A stretch of DNA of 55,641 nucleotides from Eubacteriales bacterium (lineage in GTDB: Bacteria > Bacillota > Clostridia > Oscillospirales > CAG-382): NCBI GenBank assembly GCA_045651785.1, contig JAZRTE010000102.1, positions 1 through 55,641 on the forward strand, read 5' to 3'. The notes beneath the pieces are model-generated. The model searched no databases. It saw only the letters and a list, made by a program, of their open reading frames with translations, and was not told where the DNA came from. Of the stretch, positions 43,341 to 52,976 are shown piece after piece (position 1 is the stretch's first letter; the number at the start of each line of letters is the position of its first letter). A program made the translations under genes and the position numbers.

Positions 43341-44624
43341 ATGCGCGTTAATGAACTTATAGCCTCGTTAAATAACGGCAATTACAATAAAGTAATTAAA
43401 AAGCTTTATCCCAACAAGGATATCTGCGACAGAAAAGAAAGAATAATGAAGCTTGCAAACGATTTTTTGGAGCTTTACGGAGATTTGGAGGTAGAGCTTT
43501 TCTCGGTCCCCGGCAGAACCGAGCTTTCGGGTAACCATACCGACCACAATAACGGCCGTGTGCTTGCCGCAAGCGTCGATATCGATATTATCGCCATTGC
43601 CGCCAAGGTCGAGGGCGATACGGTACGAATCAAATCGGTCGGTTACCGCGAGGACACCGTTGATATTAAAGATCCCAACCCCGATAACGTACGCAAGGGC
43701 AGCTCCTCGGCGATCATTTCGGGCATAGCCGATTATTTTAACAAGCACGGCTATGCTTCGGGCGGCTTTTACGCACACACCACAAGCGACGTTATGACCG
43801 GCTCGGGTCTTTCCTCCTCCGCCGCCTTTGAGGTTATGTGCGCGAGAATCTTTTCGGAGTTTTACAACGACGGCAAAATTTCGGCAATGGAGCTTGCAAA
43901 GGCAGGCAAATATGCAGAAAACGAATTTTTCGGCAAGCCCTGCGGACTTATGGACCAAGCGGCTTGCGCATCGGGCGGCTGTCTTTGGATGGATTTTGAA
44001 AACAACACCGACCCCAAAACCGAAAAGATCGATTTTGATCTTTCCAAATACGGCTATTCGCTTTGCATCGTAAACACGGGCGGCAACCACGCCGACCTTA
44101 CCGAGGATTACGCGGCAGTGCCCTCGGAAATGCGCTCGATTGCGGCGCTTATGGGCAAAAGCGTTTTGCGTTGCTGTGACGAAACCGATTTTATGGGCAG
44201 AATTTCCTATCTCCGCACCCTTGTCGGCGACCGCGCAATTATGCGTGCGATGCACTATTTTGCCGAAAACAAGCGTGTTGACGCTCAAAAGGAGGCTCTT
44301 TCAAACGGTAATATCGACGGCTATTTGAAGCTCGTTACCGCTTCGGGCAACTCCTCGTTCAAGTACCTTCAAAACGTATTCACCACCCACAACGTGCAAG
44401 AGCAAGGCATTTCGCTCGCGCTCGCGGTGACCGAAAGCTTCGGCGCGGTATGCCGTGTTCACGGCGGCGGGTTTGCGGGCACGGTTCAGGCATATATCCC
44501 GACCGAAAAGGTAGAGGAATACAAGAATACGGTCGAAGCGATCTTCGGAGAAAACGCTTGTAACGTCTATACCATCCGTCCCTACGGCGCGGCGGTGGTT
44601 ACCGAAAACGATATTAAAGGTTAA
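43341..44624 (+). CDS. GHMP kinase, galactokinase-family protein with a non-canonical signature
   Basis: PGRTELSGNHTDHNNG in place of the canonical GRVNLIGEHTDY. GHMP ATP motif GSGLSSSAA. Confidence 0.8.
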   Translation: MRVNELIASLNNGNYNKVIKKLYPNKDICDRKERIMKLANDFLELYGDLEVELFSVPGRTELSGNHTDHNNGRVLAASVDIDIIAIAAKVEGDTVRIKSVGYREDTVDIKDPNPDNVRKGSSSAIISGIADYFNKHGYASGGFYAHTTSDVMTGSGLSSSAAFEVMCARIFSEFYNDGKISAMELAKAGKYAENEFFGKPCGLMDQAACASGGCLWMDFENNTDPKTEKIDFDLSKYGYSLCIVNTGGNHADLTEDYAAVPSEMRSIAALMGKSVLRCCDETDFMGRISYLRTLVGDRAIMRAMHYFAENKRVDAQKEALSNGNIDGYLKLVTASGNSSFKYLQNVFTTHNVQEQGISLALAVTESFGAVCRVHGGGFAGTVQAYIPTEKVEEYKNTVEAIFGENACNVYTIRPYGAAVVTENDIKG

Positions 44625-44635
44625 TTTGTTTTTTA

Positions 44636-45427
44636 ATGGATAAAGCAAAGGTTTTTATGCTCTTTTCCTCGTCAAAGGGAAACTGTGCATACATAAAATA
44701 CGGCAAGGATGAGATTCTTATCGATTGCGGCGCTTCGGCAAGAGCTATCGATCACGCGCTTAAATCGATAGGAACTAATCTTTGCAATATAAACGCCGTG
44801 TTCATCACGCATGAGCACAGCGACCATATCCGCGGACTTAACGCGATATCGAAGCATATAAACGCAAAAATCTATGCGCCCGATGGCTGCTGCGATTACG
44901 TTGCGACCTATATGCATAACTCGAAAAAGCCGATACCGCTTGTTTCGAATACCCCGATAACCCTCAACGACCTTGCGATATGCCCGATTCCCACACCGCA
45001 CGATGCGCGCGGAAGCGTCGGCTTCCGCATCCTTGCAGGCGAGGAAAGGATTGGATATTTCACCGATATCGGACACCTTTCCGAGGGTCTTTTGCGCGCC
45101 CTTTCGGGTTGTGAACGGGTGGTTATCGAATCGAATCACGATATCGAAATGCTCAAAAACGGAAGCTATCCCTATGCCTTAAAGCAAAGAATACTCGGCG
45201 CGACGGGACACCTTTCGAACGAAATGTGCGCCAAGCTTCTTCCCCACCTTGCAAACCACGGAAGCAGAGCGTTTATGCTCGCTCATTTGAGCGAGGAAAA
45301 CAACCGCGCTGAAATCGCATTTGACGAATGTCTTTGCTCGCTTAAGGAAGCAGGCTTTTCGGTATGCGAGGAAGGCGGAATAAAGCTTTCCGTTGCACCG
45401 GTTTGCGGTGTTACCGAGCTTGTATAA
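44636..45427 (+). CDS. MBL-fold metallo-hydrolase (YycJ/WalJ-like)
   Basis: FITHEHSDHIRG (HxHxDH) and HLS...N C-terminal motifs. Confidence 0.85.
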   Translation: MDKAKVFMLFSSSKGNCAYIKYGKDEILIDCGASARAIDHALKSIGTNLCNINAVFITHEHSDHIRGLNAISKHINAKIYAPDGCCDYVATYMHNSKKPIPLVSNTPITLNDLAICPIPTPHDARGSVGFRILAGEERIGYFTDIGHLSEGLLRALSGCERVVIESNHDIEMLKNGSYPYALKQRILGATGHLSNEMCAKLLPHLANHGSRAFMLAHLSEENNRAEIAFDECLCSLKEAGFSVCEEGGIKLSVAPVCGVTELV

Positions 45428-45428
45428 T

Positions 45429-45463
45429 AAAAAAATACGCTTCGTTTTGAAGCGTATTTTTGT
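45429..45463. terminator. Bidirectional terminator
   Basis: AAAAATACGCTTC-gtttt-GAAGCGTATTTTT. Confidence 0.8.
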
Positions 45464-45467
45464 TTAC

Positions 45468-45962
45468 TTAAATCATCGCGGAAACCATTAACATCGCCAA
45501 AGCGAAGTTGAAAAGCATCACTCCGACAAACATACCCAACGAAACGGCAAATTTTGCCGCAATATTCTTCATCGGCTTGATGATGTAAAGCGTTGTCGCA
45601 ACGCCGATACCCGCAATGGCACCGCCGATTGCACCGCCGACTACCGGGAAAATCATATAAAGCTGGGGTGTTACCGACCAAGCGATATAAATCGCCGCCC
45701 ACATAACAGTGAAAAAGTAATCATACCACTTTGCGGCTTCGGTTATGCGGTATTTTTCGCCGTTAACGTCAATAATAGCGCCCGAAATGAAGCCACCCGT
45801 AATAACAGCGGTAATCTGTGCTCCGCCGATTTCACCGACAAAGGTCTTTTTATTTATCTTTTTAAGCTGTACACCGTTAACGAAAACCTTTTTCGAGCCA
45901 GACCAAAAGTTCTCATCCAAAATTATTTCGCCATATCTTTCGGTTAGTATTGCTGATTTCAT
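45468..45962 (-). CDS. Hypothetical membrane protein (soluble N-terminal ~75 aa + 3 TM)
   Basis: AGGAG RBS; Gly/Ala-rich TM segments; no family recognised. Confidence 0.65.
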   Translation of the reverse strand: MKSAILTERYGEIILDENFWSGSKKVFVNGVQLKKINKKTFVGEIGGAQITAVITGGFISGAIIDVNGEKYRITEAAKWYDYFFTVMWAAIYIAWSVTPQLYMIFPVVGGAIGGAIAGIGVATTLYIIKPMKNIAAKFAVSLGMFVGVMLFNFALAMLMVSAMI

Positions 45963-46037
45963 AACTTTTCTCCTTTAATATAGTAACTTGATTGTACCAC
46001 AACCGACGCTTTTTGTCAACAAAAACTGTCGAAATCG

Positions 46038-46580
46038 TTAATCAGCTTTTCTGTCGTGTCTTATCATACCGATAACGATTGAAAACATCGCCAGAATTTC
46101 GCAAATAATGCCGCCGAGCGCGAAGTTGTAAACGTTATATATCAACCAAGACGGACTGCTTACCAAACCCATTTGACGCATAACCTTCGCCTTGTTAAGA
46201 TAAAAGGCGATACCTGTTGAAAACATACCGATAAGCGGCAGGAATTCGATGATAAAGTTAAATACCGTCGGCTCTTTATCGAACACCAAAAAGGAAAGCG
46301 CATAAGCGGTGATATAAAGCGCACCGAAGCCGAACACCCAAAAGAGCTTATCGGCACGGAAGCTTTTTCGGTTTGAATAAACGACAGCACGCAAGGCGCC
46401 GATAAGGTTCAAAAATCCGCCTGCAACCGCGCCTATCATAAACATATTGACGGCAAAAAGCGAGGTTCCGCAAAGCTGCATAATAATTATGTTCTTTTGT
46501 TTTTTCTGCTGATAGGAAAGTATGTTCATCGCCATCGCGACAATACCAATCGACTGCGCAATTATATCGTAAGCTTCCAT
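46038..46580 (-). CDS. YgjV family inner-membrane protein
   Basis: IGIVAMAMNILSYQQKKQKNIIIMQLCGTSLFAVNMFMIGAVAGGFLNLIGALR matches the YgjV pattern. Start set at ATG 46580, which follows AGAGGTG. Confidence 0.75.
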   Translation of the reverse strand: MEAYDIIAQSIGIVAMAMNILSYQQKKQKNIIIMQLCGTSLFAVNMFMIGAVAGGFLNLIGALRAVVYSNRKSFRADKLFWVFGFGALYITAYALSFLVFDKEPTVFNFIIEFLPLIGMFSTGIAFYLNKAKVMRQMGLVSSPSWLIYNVYNFALGGIICEILAMFSIVIGMIRHDRKAD

Positions 46581-46676
46581 AAGCACCTCTGTTGTAATGG
46601 TTTGACTAATAATACCACATTTAAAAACGAATTGCAATATTGCATATTTTGTGATACAATAAGTTGAGGTGATATT

Positions 46677-47879
46677 ATGAGCTATGAAAAACTTTCGTCC
46701 GAGGTAGAAAACCGAATAATTGCCGACCGCTTAAACGGAAATTTACAGCGCTTTGCCTTTTTGCCCGAAAACGCGTTTCGCCGCGACAACGGACACGATG
46801 CACAATCGGTTTTAAGAAGCGCCTTTATCCGCGACACCGAAAAGATACTTCATTGCCCGTATTATAACCGATATGCCGACAAGACTCAGGTCTTTTCCTT
46901 TTTCAAAAACGACGATATAACAAGACGCGCGCTTCACGTTCAGCTTGTTTCGCGCGTTGCCAGAACGATCGGACGTGCGCTTGATCTCGAGCTTGACCTT
47001 ATCGAGGCGATATCGCTCGGACACGATATCGGTCATACCCCATTCGGTCACGCGGGTGAAAGCTATCTCGATGCGCTTTTCAGCGAGCACGCAGGCAGAC
47101 GCTTTTCCCACAACATCCATTCGGTGCGTGTGCTTGACGAAATTTTCCCGTTAAACCTCACCCTTCAAACACTTAACGGCATCGCCGCGCACAACGGCGA
47201 AGAGGAGCTGACAAAATATATCCCACAACCGATAAAAAGCTTTGAAGAATTTGATTCTCAAATCGAAAAATGCTATATCGACCGCAGTAATGCGCGACAT
47301 ATTCAGCCCGATACGCTTGAAGCGTGTGTAATGCGCATTTCGGATATCATCGCATATCTCGGAAAAGACCGTCAGGATGCCGAGCGCGCCGATATCGAGC
47401 TTGCCGACGGGTTTGAGGAAAGCGTTATCGGCACTAAAAACGCGGAAATGATTAACAATCTTACCGTAAATATTGTCGAGCACAGCTACGGCAAGGCATT
47501 TATAGAAATGGACGAAGCACATTTTAACGCGCTTAAGCAGGCAAAGGATGCCAATTACGCTCGGATTTACAAAAACGGCAAGGTAAGAGCATTTTTCGAC
47601 GATACCGTAAAGCCGATGATGAGCGATATTTACGAAAAAATGCTTTCAGACCTTAAAAACGGCAAAACCGATTCGCCAATATTCAAGCATCATATTAATT
47701 TTGTGGAAAAGCCCTATTTCCGCAGAGCTACACCCTATTCCGAAACCGAGCCGAATCAGATTGTCGTCGACTATATCGCAAGCATGACCGACGATTATTT
47801 AATCGACCTGCACGCTTATCTTTTCCCCGACAGTAAGCTTAAGATAGAATATAAGGGCTATTTCGACAAGGAGTTTTAA
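46677..47879 (+). CDS. HD-domain dNTP triphosphohydrolase-like protein (dGTPase family)
   Basis: FIRDTEKILHCPYYNRYADKTQVF, HVQLVSRVAR and LGHDIGHTPFGHAGE. Confidence 0.85.
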   Translation: MSYEKLSSEVENRIIADRLNGNLQRFAFLPENAFRRDNGHDAQSVLRSAFIRDTEKILHCPYYNRYADKTQVFSFFKNDDITRRALHVQLVSRVARTIGRALDLELDLIEAISLGHDIGHTPFGHAGESYLDALFSEHAGRRFSHNIHSVRVLDEIFPLNLTLQTLNGIAAHNGEEELTKYIPQPIKSFEEFDSQIEKCYIDRSNARHIQPDTLEACVMRISDIIAYLGKDRQDAERADIELADGFEESVIGTKNAEMINNLTVNIVEHSYGKAFIEMDEAHFNALKQAKDANYARIYKNGKVRAFFDDTVKPMMSDIYEKMLSDLKNGKTDSPIFKHHINFVEKPYFRRATPYSETEPNQIVVDYIASMTDDYLIDLHAYLFPDSKLKIEYKGYFDKEF

Positions 47880-47881
47880 AT

Positions 47882-48508
47882 ATGAAAAGATTCGTCCTGC
47901 TCGGCGGCGCGCCGATTGAGGATTATGAAAGCATAAAAAAGCATTTAAGAAGCGACGATTATTTTGCCGTTTGCGATTGCGGATTAAGGCATTGCGAGGC
48001 TTTATCGGTTACACCCGACCTTATAATCGGCGATTTCGATTCGTATGCTTTGCCGAATACCGAAAAAGAATTGATCGTTCTTCCGCGCGAAAAGGACGAT
48101 ACCGATACCTTTTTTGCCGCAAAAGAGGGCGTTAAGCGCGGATTTGATGATTTTTTGCTTCTCGGCGTAATCGGCGGACGGCTCGACCACAGCATCGGCA
48201 ATATTTCGATACTTTTATATCTCGAATCATTAGGCTTGACGGCAAAAGCGGTCGACGATTATTCGGAAATCGAAATAATATCGGATAAAACCGCATATAT
48301 CGAAAGCAAATTCCGATATTTTTCACTGCTTAACATCACGGGCGTTGCAAAGGGCATAACCATAAAAAACGCGAAATTCCCGCTTGAAAACGGCGAAATA
48401 AATTGCGAATACCAATACGGAGTAAGCAACGAAACGATTAATAACTCCCCTGCCGAGGTTTCGGTCAAGGAAGGCAAATTGTTGCTTGTAAAGGTCACGA
48501 AGGATTAA
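47882..48508 (+). CDS. thiN: Thiamine diphosphokinase (thiamine pyrophosphokinase)
   Basis: IIGDFDS, KDDTD and GGRLDH motifs; 2 nt after the upstream stop. Confidence 0.85.
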   Translation: MKRFVLLGGAPIEDYESIKKHLRSDDYFAVCDCGLRHCEALSVTPDLIIGDFDSYALPNTEKELIVLPREKDDTDTFFAAKEGVKRGFDDFLLLGVIGGRLDHSIGNISILLYLESLGLTAKAVDDYSEIEIISDKTAYIESKFRYFSLLNITGVAKGITIKNAKFPLENGEINCEYQYGVSNETINNSPAEVSVKEGKLLLVKVTKD

Positions 48509-48509
48509 T

Positions 48510-48538
48510 AAAAGGAGAGGTGTTCCCTCTCCTTTTTT
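48510..48538. terminator. Bidirectional terminator
   Basis: AAAGGAGAGG-tgtt-CCCTCTCCTTTTTT. Confidence 0.8.
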
Positions 48539-48540
48539 GT

Positions 48541-49125
48541 TTATTCTTCTGTCGGTTCTTCGATATCCTCAAGCTCGTAAAATTTTGTGTTATATACGGC
48601 GATGGGTTTATCTGGCTTATCGTCGTATACCAAAACATAGCAAGTATCGCCCTCGGAATTTAAATAGGTTTCCTCCAAGGAGATAACAACGCGTCCGCAA
48701 CGCCAAAGATACATCGCGTGCTCGTAATAGCCGCGCGCGGCGGCACCCCTTCTGCGTTTATACACGTATTTGTCATCAGTAACGACACGTTCAATAGTAT
48801 CGGTTATCAACGAATACGAGCCGCCGACGGTTTGTTTCATTTTTATGTATTCCAAAACAATTAATATCGCGCATACGATTGCCGGAAGCGCGCCGCAAAC
48901 GAATATGATAACCATATCCGTGCTCTTCTCAAAATCAAATATTTCGGTTATTGCGATGCCGAAAAGTATGCCGATACCGCTCGAAACGATCATTACAACG
49001 AAATAAAACACAAAATTCCATTTGTGCACCGCAATAAGCGCTTTGTGTGTTTCTTTCGGTCTTATCTTCTTTTTTCCCTCTTCCTTTTCGCCGTTGTCAA
49101 GATTCGGGCTTTGGTAATTTGCCAT
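48541..49125 (-). CDS. Hypothetical membrane protein (2 TM + C-terminal ~85-aa domain)
   Basis: GAGG RBS; two hydrophobic segments; no family recognised. Confidence 0.65.
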   Translation of the reverse strand: MANYQSPNLDNGEKEEGKKKIRPKETHKALIAVHKWNFVFYFVVMIVSSGIGILFGIAITEIFDFEKSTDMVIIFVCGALPAIVCAILIVLEYIKMKQTVGGSYSLITDTIERVVTDDKYVYKRRRGAAARGYYEHAMYLWRCGRVVISLEETYLNSEGDTCYVLVYDDKPDKPIAVYNTKFYELEDIEEPTEE

Positions 49126-49174
49126 AATTTCGCCTCACTTTCGGTAACGGTTTATTATAACAAAGTTTTACGCA

Positions 49175-49990
49175 TTAGTCAACAGCATTTTTCTTTTCGA
49201 CCATTCTTGCAATCTGGCGTTCGAAGAACATAACGTAATTTTCATAAAAATAGTTACAATCGTTGGTCGAATTTCCGATTATCGCAATAAGCTTCAATGC
49301 CTTTTCGATTTCTTCGATTGCCGAATCGATTTCACACTCAGCCTCATAGCATTCGGCAAGATGCCACATCATTTGTATAAGGTTTTCAAACGAAACCCAT
49401 TTTTGCTTTTCGGCGGCATCGAACTTTGGTTCGCCGTCGAATATATACGCAATCTCGGTCAATCTTGTGAAATATATTTCGGGTATCTGGTCAATAGCCA
49501 TTTTTGCGCTTTGCATATCGCCCTTCGCCTTATAGGCATAAGCCATAAACCTCAACGCATCGTAAATAATGCTGTGGTCGGTCGCCTTGTCGATAAGCTT
49601 TGTCGCAATCGCTATCGTTTCATCGGGATTACCCGCGCAGTCGACAACGTAAAGCAGATTATTAAGCAAAATATCGTTTTCGGGATATTTTTTCAAGCCC
49701 TGTTCCAAAATCCTTCGACTTTCCTCGGGGTCGCTTTGACGGTATTTGTATGCCTCGTCGGCGATTGCCTCGACGTCTGATTCGATCTGCTTTAAATTAA
49801 AATCAAAAAGCTCGTCCATCGAAACCGAAAAATAAGCCGCAAGCTTCGGTGCAAGCGCAATATCGGGCAAAGCGATACCGTTTTCCCATTTGGAAACCGC
49901 TTGGAACGATATGCCGATGCTTGCCGCAAGCTGTTCTTGGGTGATTCCGCGCGCCCTTCTTAATTCCTTTATTTTGTTTCCTATATTCAT
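49175..49990 (-). CDS. XRE-family HTH transcriptional regulator with helical-repeat (TPR-like) C-terminal domain
   Basis: IKELRRARGITQEQLAASIGISFQAVSKWENG; AGGAG RBS. Confidence 0.9.
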   Translation of the reverse strand: MNIGNKIKELRRARGITQEQLAASIGISFQAVSKWENGIALPDIALAPKLAAYFSVSMDELFDFNLKQIESDVEAIADEAYKYRQSDPEESRRILEQGLKKYPENDILLNNLLYVVDCAGNPDETIAIATKLIDKATDHSIIYDALRFMAYAYKAKGDMQSAKMAIDQIPEIYFTRLTEIAYIFDGEPKFDAAEKQKWVSFENLIQMMWHLAECYEAECEIDSAIEEIEKALKLIAIIGNSTNDCNYFYENYVMFFERQIARMVEKKNAVD

Positions 49991-50020
49991 AAAAGCTCCT
50001 GAAATTCACAGAGTTTTTAC

Positions 50021-50049
50021 AGTATAGCATATATTTTTTCATTAATCAA
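50021..50049 (-). promoter_or_regulatory. Promoter TTGATT-17-TATACT for the XRE gene
   Basis: Minus strand reads TTGATTaatgaaaaaatatatgcTATACT. Confidence 0.5.
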
Positions 50050-50105
50050 TAACCTCATAAACGATATACCTCAACCCTCGGTTGAAGGAAAAAGCAAGGT
50101 TTTCC

Positions 50106-50134
50106 TTGACAACAAACACACGAAATATTAAAAT
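50106..50134 (+). promoter_or_regulatory. Promoter TTGACA-17-TAAAAT
   Basis: TTGACA 50106-50111 and TAAAAT 50129-50134, preceded by two small hairpins (CCTCAACC/GGTTGAGG-like and GGAAAA/TTTTCC). Confidence 0.55.
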
Positions 50135-50165
50135 AAATCCATAAAGCAAACGGAGGCTTTCGGAT

Positions 50166-51068
50166 ATGGAAACAAAGGTAAAGGCATTGATAGAAGCGAT
50201 AAACAACGATAACCCCGGTGTTGAAGCGGTAGCGCTTTGGAAGGACGGCGAAATGAAGTTTCTTCAACGCTATGCTCCCAAACGCGCGCGCCTTATTTAT
50301 TCCCACACGAAAAGCTTTGTGTCCACCGCGGTCGGCATTGCGGTCGACGAGGGCAAATTAACGCTTAACACCAAGCTCTTGGACGTCTTCCCCGAATATA
50401 TTGATAAGCTTACCGACGAAAGGGTTAAGGATATCGAGCTTCGCCACCTTTTAACGATGAGCTCGGGATTTGGAAACGCGTTTCTTATGAGCTCCAACCG
50501 CCGCCGTGACGAGGGTTATCCCGATTACGTCGGTTATATGCTGCAAAAGGAAATGAAATATAACCCCGGCGAAAAATTTGTTTATTCAAACGCCGATACT
50601 CATCTTTGCGGTTGTATGGTTCAGCGCGCAACGGGTACAACGCTTTTGAAATATACCCACGACAAGCTTTTTTCAAAGCTCGATATGGGCTTCCCCGCTT
50701 GGGAAACCGACCCCGACGGAGTTGCTTTCGGCGGAAGCGGTCTTTATCTCGATATAACCGATATGATGAAGCTGGGCATACTTTATCTTAACAAGGGCGT
50801 TTGGAACGGCGAACGCGTGCTTTCGGAAAATTGGGTAAAGCTTGCATCGACAAAGCATATACCCACCGGACACGAAGCGCCTTGGCACAGCCATTACGGT
50901 TACCAATTCTGGATAATCGGTCAGCAAGAGGGCGCATTCCGCGCAGACGGTATGTACGCGCAGTTTTCAATCGTTTTACCCCAAGAAAATGCCGTTCTCG
51001 CAACGCAATGCTCGGAAGAAAACGACGTTCCGAAGTTTGTTGATATGATACTTAAACATATTTTTTAA
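50166..51068 (+). CDS. Serine hydrolase, beta-lactamase (class C/esterase) family
   Basis: SxxK motif in IYSHTKSFVSTAVG; YSN (FVYSNAD); GGAGG RBS; no signal peptide. Confidence 0.8.
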   Translation: METKVKALIEAINNDNPGVEAVALWKDGEMKFLQRYAPKRARLIYSHTKSFVSTAVGIAVDEGKLTLNTKLLDVFPEYIDKLTDERVKDIELRHLLTMSSGFGNAFLMSSNRRRDEGYPDYVGYMLQKEMKYNPGEKFVYSNADTHLCGCMVQRATGTTLLKYTHDKLFSKLDMGFPAWETDPDGVAFGGSGLYLDITDMMKLGILYLNKGVWNGERVLSENWVKLASTKHIPTGHEAPWHSHYGYQFWIIGQQEGAFRADGMYAQFSIVLPQENAVLATQCSEENDVPKFVDMILKHIF

Positions 51069-51081
51069 TTAAGGGATAAAT

Positions 51082-52935
51082 ATGCTTTTAATAATAACAA
51101 AAAGAAAAAACGATATGAGTGATATTCTTTCATCGGCAACCGATACGAAAATATTAACTCCGACCGAAGCCGAAAACGAGGACTTTTCGCAATATTCATC
51201 ACTCGCGCTCATCGGCGGAACCGAGGACAAGCCGATGATGTTGAACGCATATCTGCGAACCAAGGCAGAGGAGTTTGCAAAAAGCGGCAAGCCGATATTT
51301 CTTGAATATGTTCCGTCGTTCGCTTGTGTTTATTCGGCGCAACCGATTCAAATAACCTCACACCGCTTGGTTTCCCATTGCGATCTTACCGACGAAATAA
51401 AAAAGGGCGACCTGCTTGACAGTCATTATAATCAATATATCAGACCGCATTTTCTTATGCCGAACACAAAGGCATTGATGTATTACCGTCAATATACCCC
51501 TGCTCACGATAGGCTTGACGGCGAAACTGAATCGAACGATATTGCGCTGTTTTCCTATGAAAACGTTCTTTTCTGCGCATTCCGAATGAGCGATTATCTT
51601 AAAGCGTCGTTTGCGCCGATAAAGCGTTGGAATTCCTTGGTCGGCTTTATTTGCGAATTTTTGAACGTCGAAACGCCCAAAGACTTTGGAAAAACCTCAT
51701 ATTCCGTCAAGGGTGAATCAAAGGGTGATTTCTTTGAGGAATTAAAAAGCTGCACCGACAACAGCATTAAGCTTTTGAAAAATCACCTCGTCACTCCCGA
51801 CGGAAAACACGGAATAAAAGAGGGCTTGAGCCACAACATCCGCCCCGACGGAAGTCGAATTATTGCCGACGTTGTCCGTACCGACTGCACGGGCGAGGCG
51901 GCAGGCGCGTTTATCTTTTCGTTTGATAAGGAATTGACCGATATTGCCGACAATATGTATTCGCTTTGCTACGGCCCGCTTACCGTAAAAGGCGGTGAAT
52001 ACGACGGAATGGTGCGCTGGACCGAAGAAGCTTGGGAGGTTTGTTATCAGGACGACGTTGCCCGTGCGATAATCCCCTCTCTCCTTGCCTCGTATTTCGG
52101 AATTACCGATAAATATGTCGAAAGCGCTTGTCACGCGCTTAAATTCCTTTGCCAAACGACGCCGAAAAACGGGCTTCGACCTGCAAGAACCGACGTTTTG
52201 GAATTTATGAAAAGCGGAAAGCCGATAAGATCGCTTACCGAGGAGGAGGGCGGACTCGCAAGCGCGCATTATAACGCATATTACAGCGCCGCACTGCTTT
52301 TGGGTTATATTTTGACCGATAACGAAGGCTTCAAGACTGTCGGCGTTAAGGGCTTGGAAACACTTATGTCGCTTTATCCCGACACGGTGCGCGAGCACAG
52401 CGAAACAAGTGAGCTTTGCCGTCTTATCCTTCCGCTTGCGATTCTTTACAAGGCAACGGGAGACACAAAGCACAAGGAGATGCTTTACAAGGTTTTTGCC
52501 GACCTCAATTCGCATAAGCACAAAAACGGAGGCTTTTGTGAATGGGATACCGACTACAAGGCGACCTGCTTTAACAACGCAGGCGGTGAATGCTCGCTCC
52601 TCTCCAAAAACGGCGATAACGTTGCCGACCTGCTTTATTCTTTGAATTGGCTCCCGCTTGGCTTTGCTCTTGCTTGGCAGGTGACGGGCGACGATGCTTT
52701 TTATAACGCTTGGCGCGAAATTTGCGAATTTTTCATCAAAGCGCAGCTTGTAAGCGACGATATATTTGTTAACGGCGGCTGGTGCCGCGGTATCGACCTT
52801 GACCGACTTGAATATTTCGGCATCCCCCACGATGTGGGCTGGGGTCCCTGCTGTATCGAAACCGGTTGGACGGTTGCCGAAATTACAATGGGTATGCTTG
52901 TCGGCAAAGCACTTAAAGAGGGCAAAATCAAATAA
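51082..52935 (+). CDS. Hypothetical 617-aa protein, C-terminal half probably an (alpha/alpha)6-barrel glycan-enzyme-like fold
   Basis: 13 nt after the serine hydrolase gene. Helix-repeat C-terminal half with Trp/Gly-rich end (GGWCRGIDL...DVGWGPCCIETGW). Family not recognised. Confidence 0.65.
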   Translation: MLLIITKRKNDMSDILSSATDTKILTPTEAENEDFSQYSSLALIGGTEDKPMMLNAYLRTKAEEFAKSGKPIFLEYVPSFACVYSAQPIQITSHRLVSHCDLTDEIKKGDLLDSHYNQYIRPHFLMPNTKALMYYRQYTPAHDRLDGETESNDIALFSYENVLFCAFRMSDYLKASFAPIKRWNSLVGFICEFLNVETPKDFGKTSYSVKGESKGDFFEELKSCTDNSIKLLKNHLVTPDGKHGIKEGLSHNIRPDGSRIIADVVRTDCTGEAAGAFIFSFDKELTDIADNMYSLCYGPLTVKGGEYDGMVRWTEEAWEVCYQDDVARAIIPSLLASYFGITDKYVESACHALKFLCQTTPKNGLRPARTDVLEFMKSGKPIRSLTEEEGGLASAHYNAYYSAALLLGYILTDNEGFKTVGVKGLETLMSLYPDTVREHSETSELCRLILPLAILYKATGDTKHKEMLYKVFADLNSHKHKNGGFCEWDTDYKATCFNNAGGECSLLSKNGDNVADLLYSLNWLPLGFALAWQVTGDDAFYNAWREICEFFIKAQLVSDDIFVNGGWCRGIDLDRLEYFGIPHDVGWGPCCIETGWTVAEITMGMLVGKALKEGKIK

Positions 52936-52976
52936 AAAAGAACGGAAGACTTTTAAAAGCCTTCCGTTGTTTTTTA
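52935..52976. terminator. Bidirectional terminator (long near-perfect palindrome)
   Basis: AACGGAAGaCTTTTAAAAGcCTTCCGTT, flanked by an A-run and a T-run. Confidence 0.75.

Noticed and set aside
34098-45427. The 11-gene co-directional array (polA to MBL hydrolase) as a single functional system
   Set aside because: The gene functions are heterogeneous housekeeping and envelope functions. The tight packing and overlaps are more simply explained by operon compaction. Only the individual oddities are reported (radical SAM, cohesin-dockerin, GHMP kinase).
46677-47879. HD-domain dGTPase-like gene as an anti-phage dNTP-depletion defence gene
   Set aside because: It sits in ordinary-composition DNA, 2 nt upstream of thiamine pyrophosphokinase and next to YgjV. 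There are no mobile-element or defence-island neighbours, so it looks like the housekeeping dGTPase-like paralog common in Firmicutes. The sequence alone cannot exclude a defence role.
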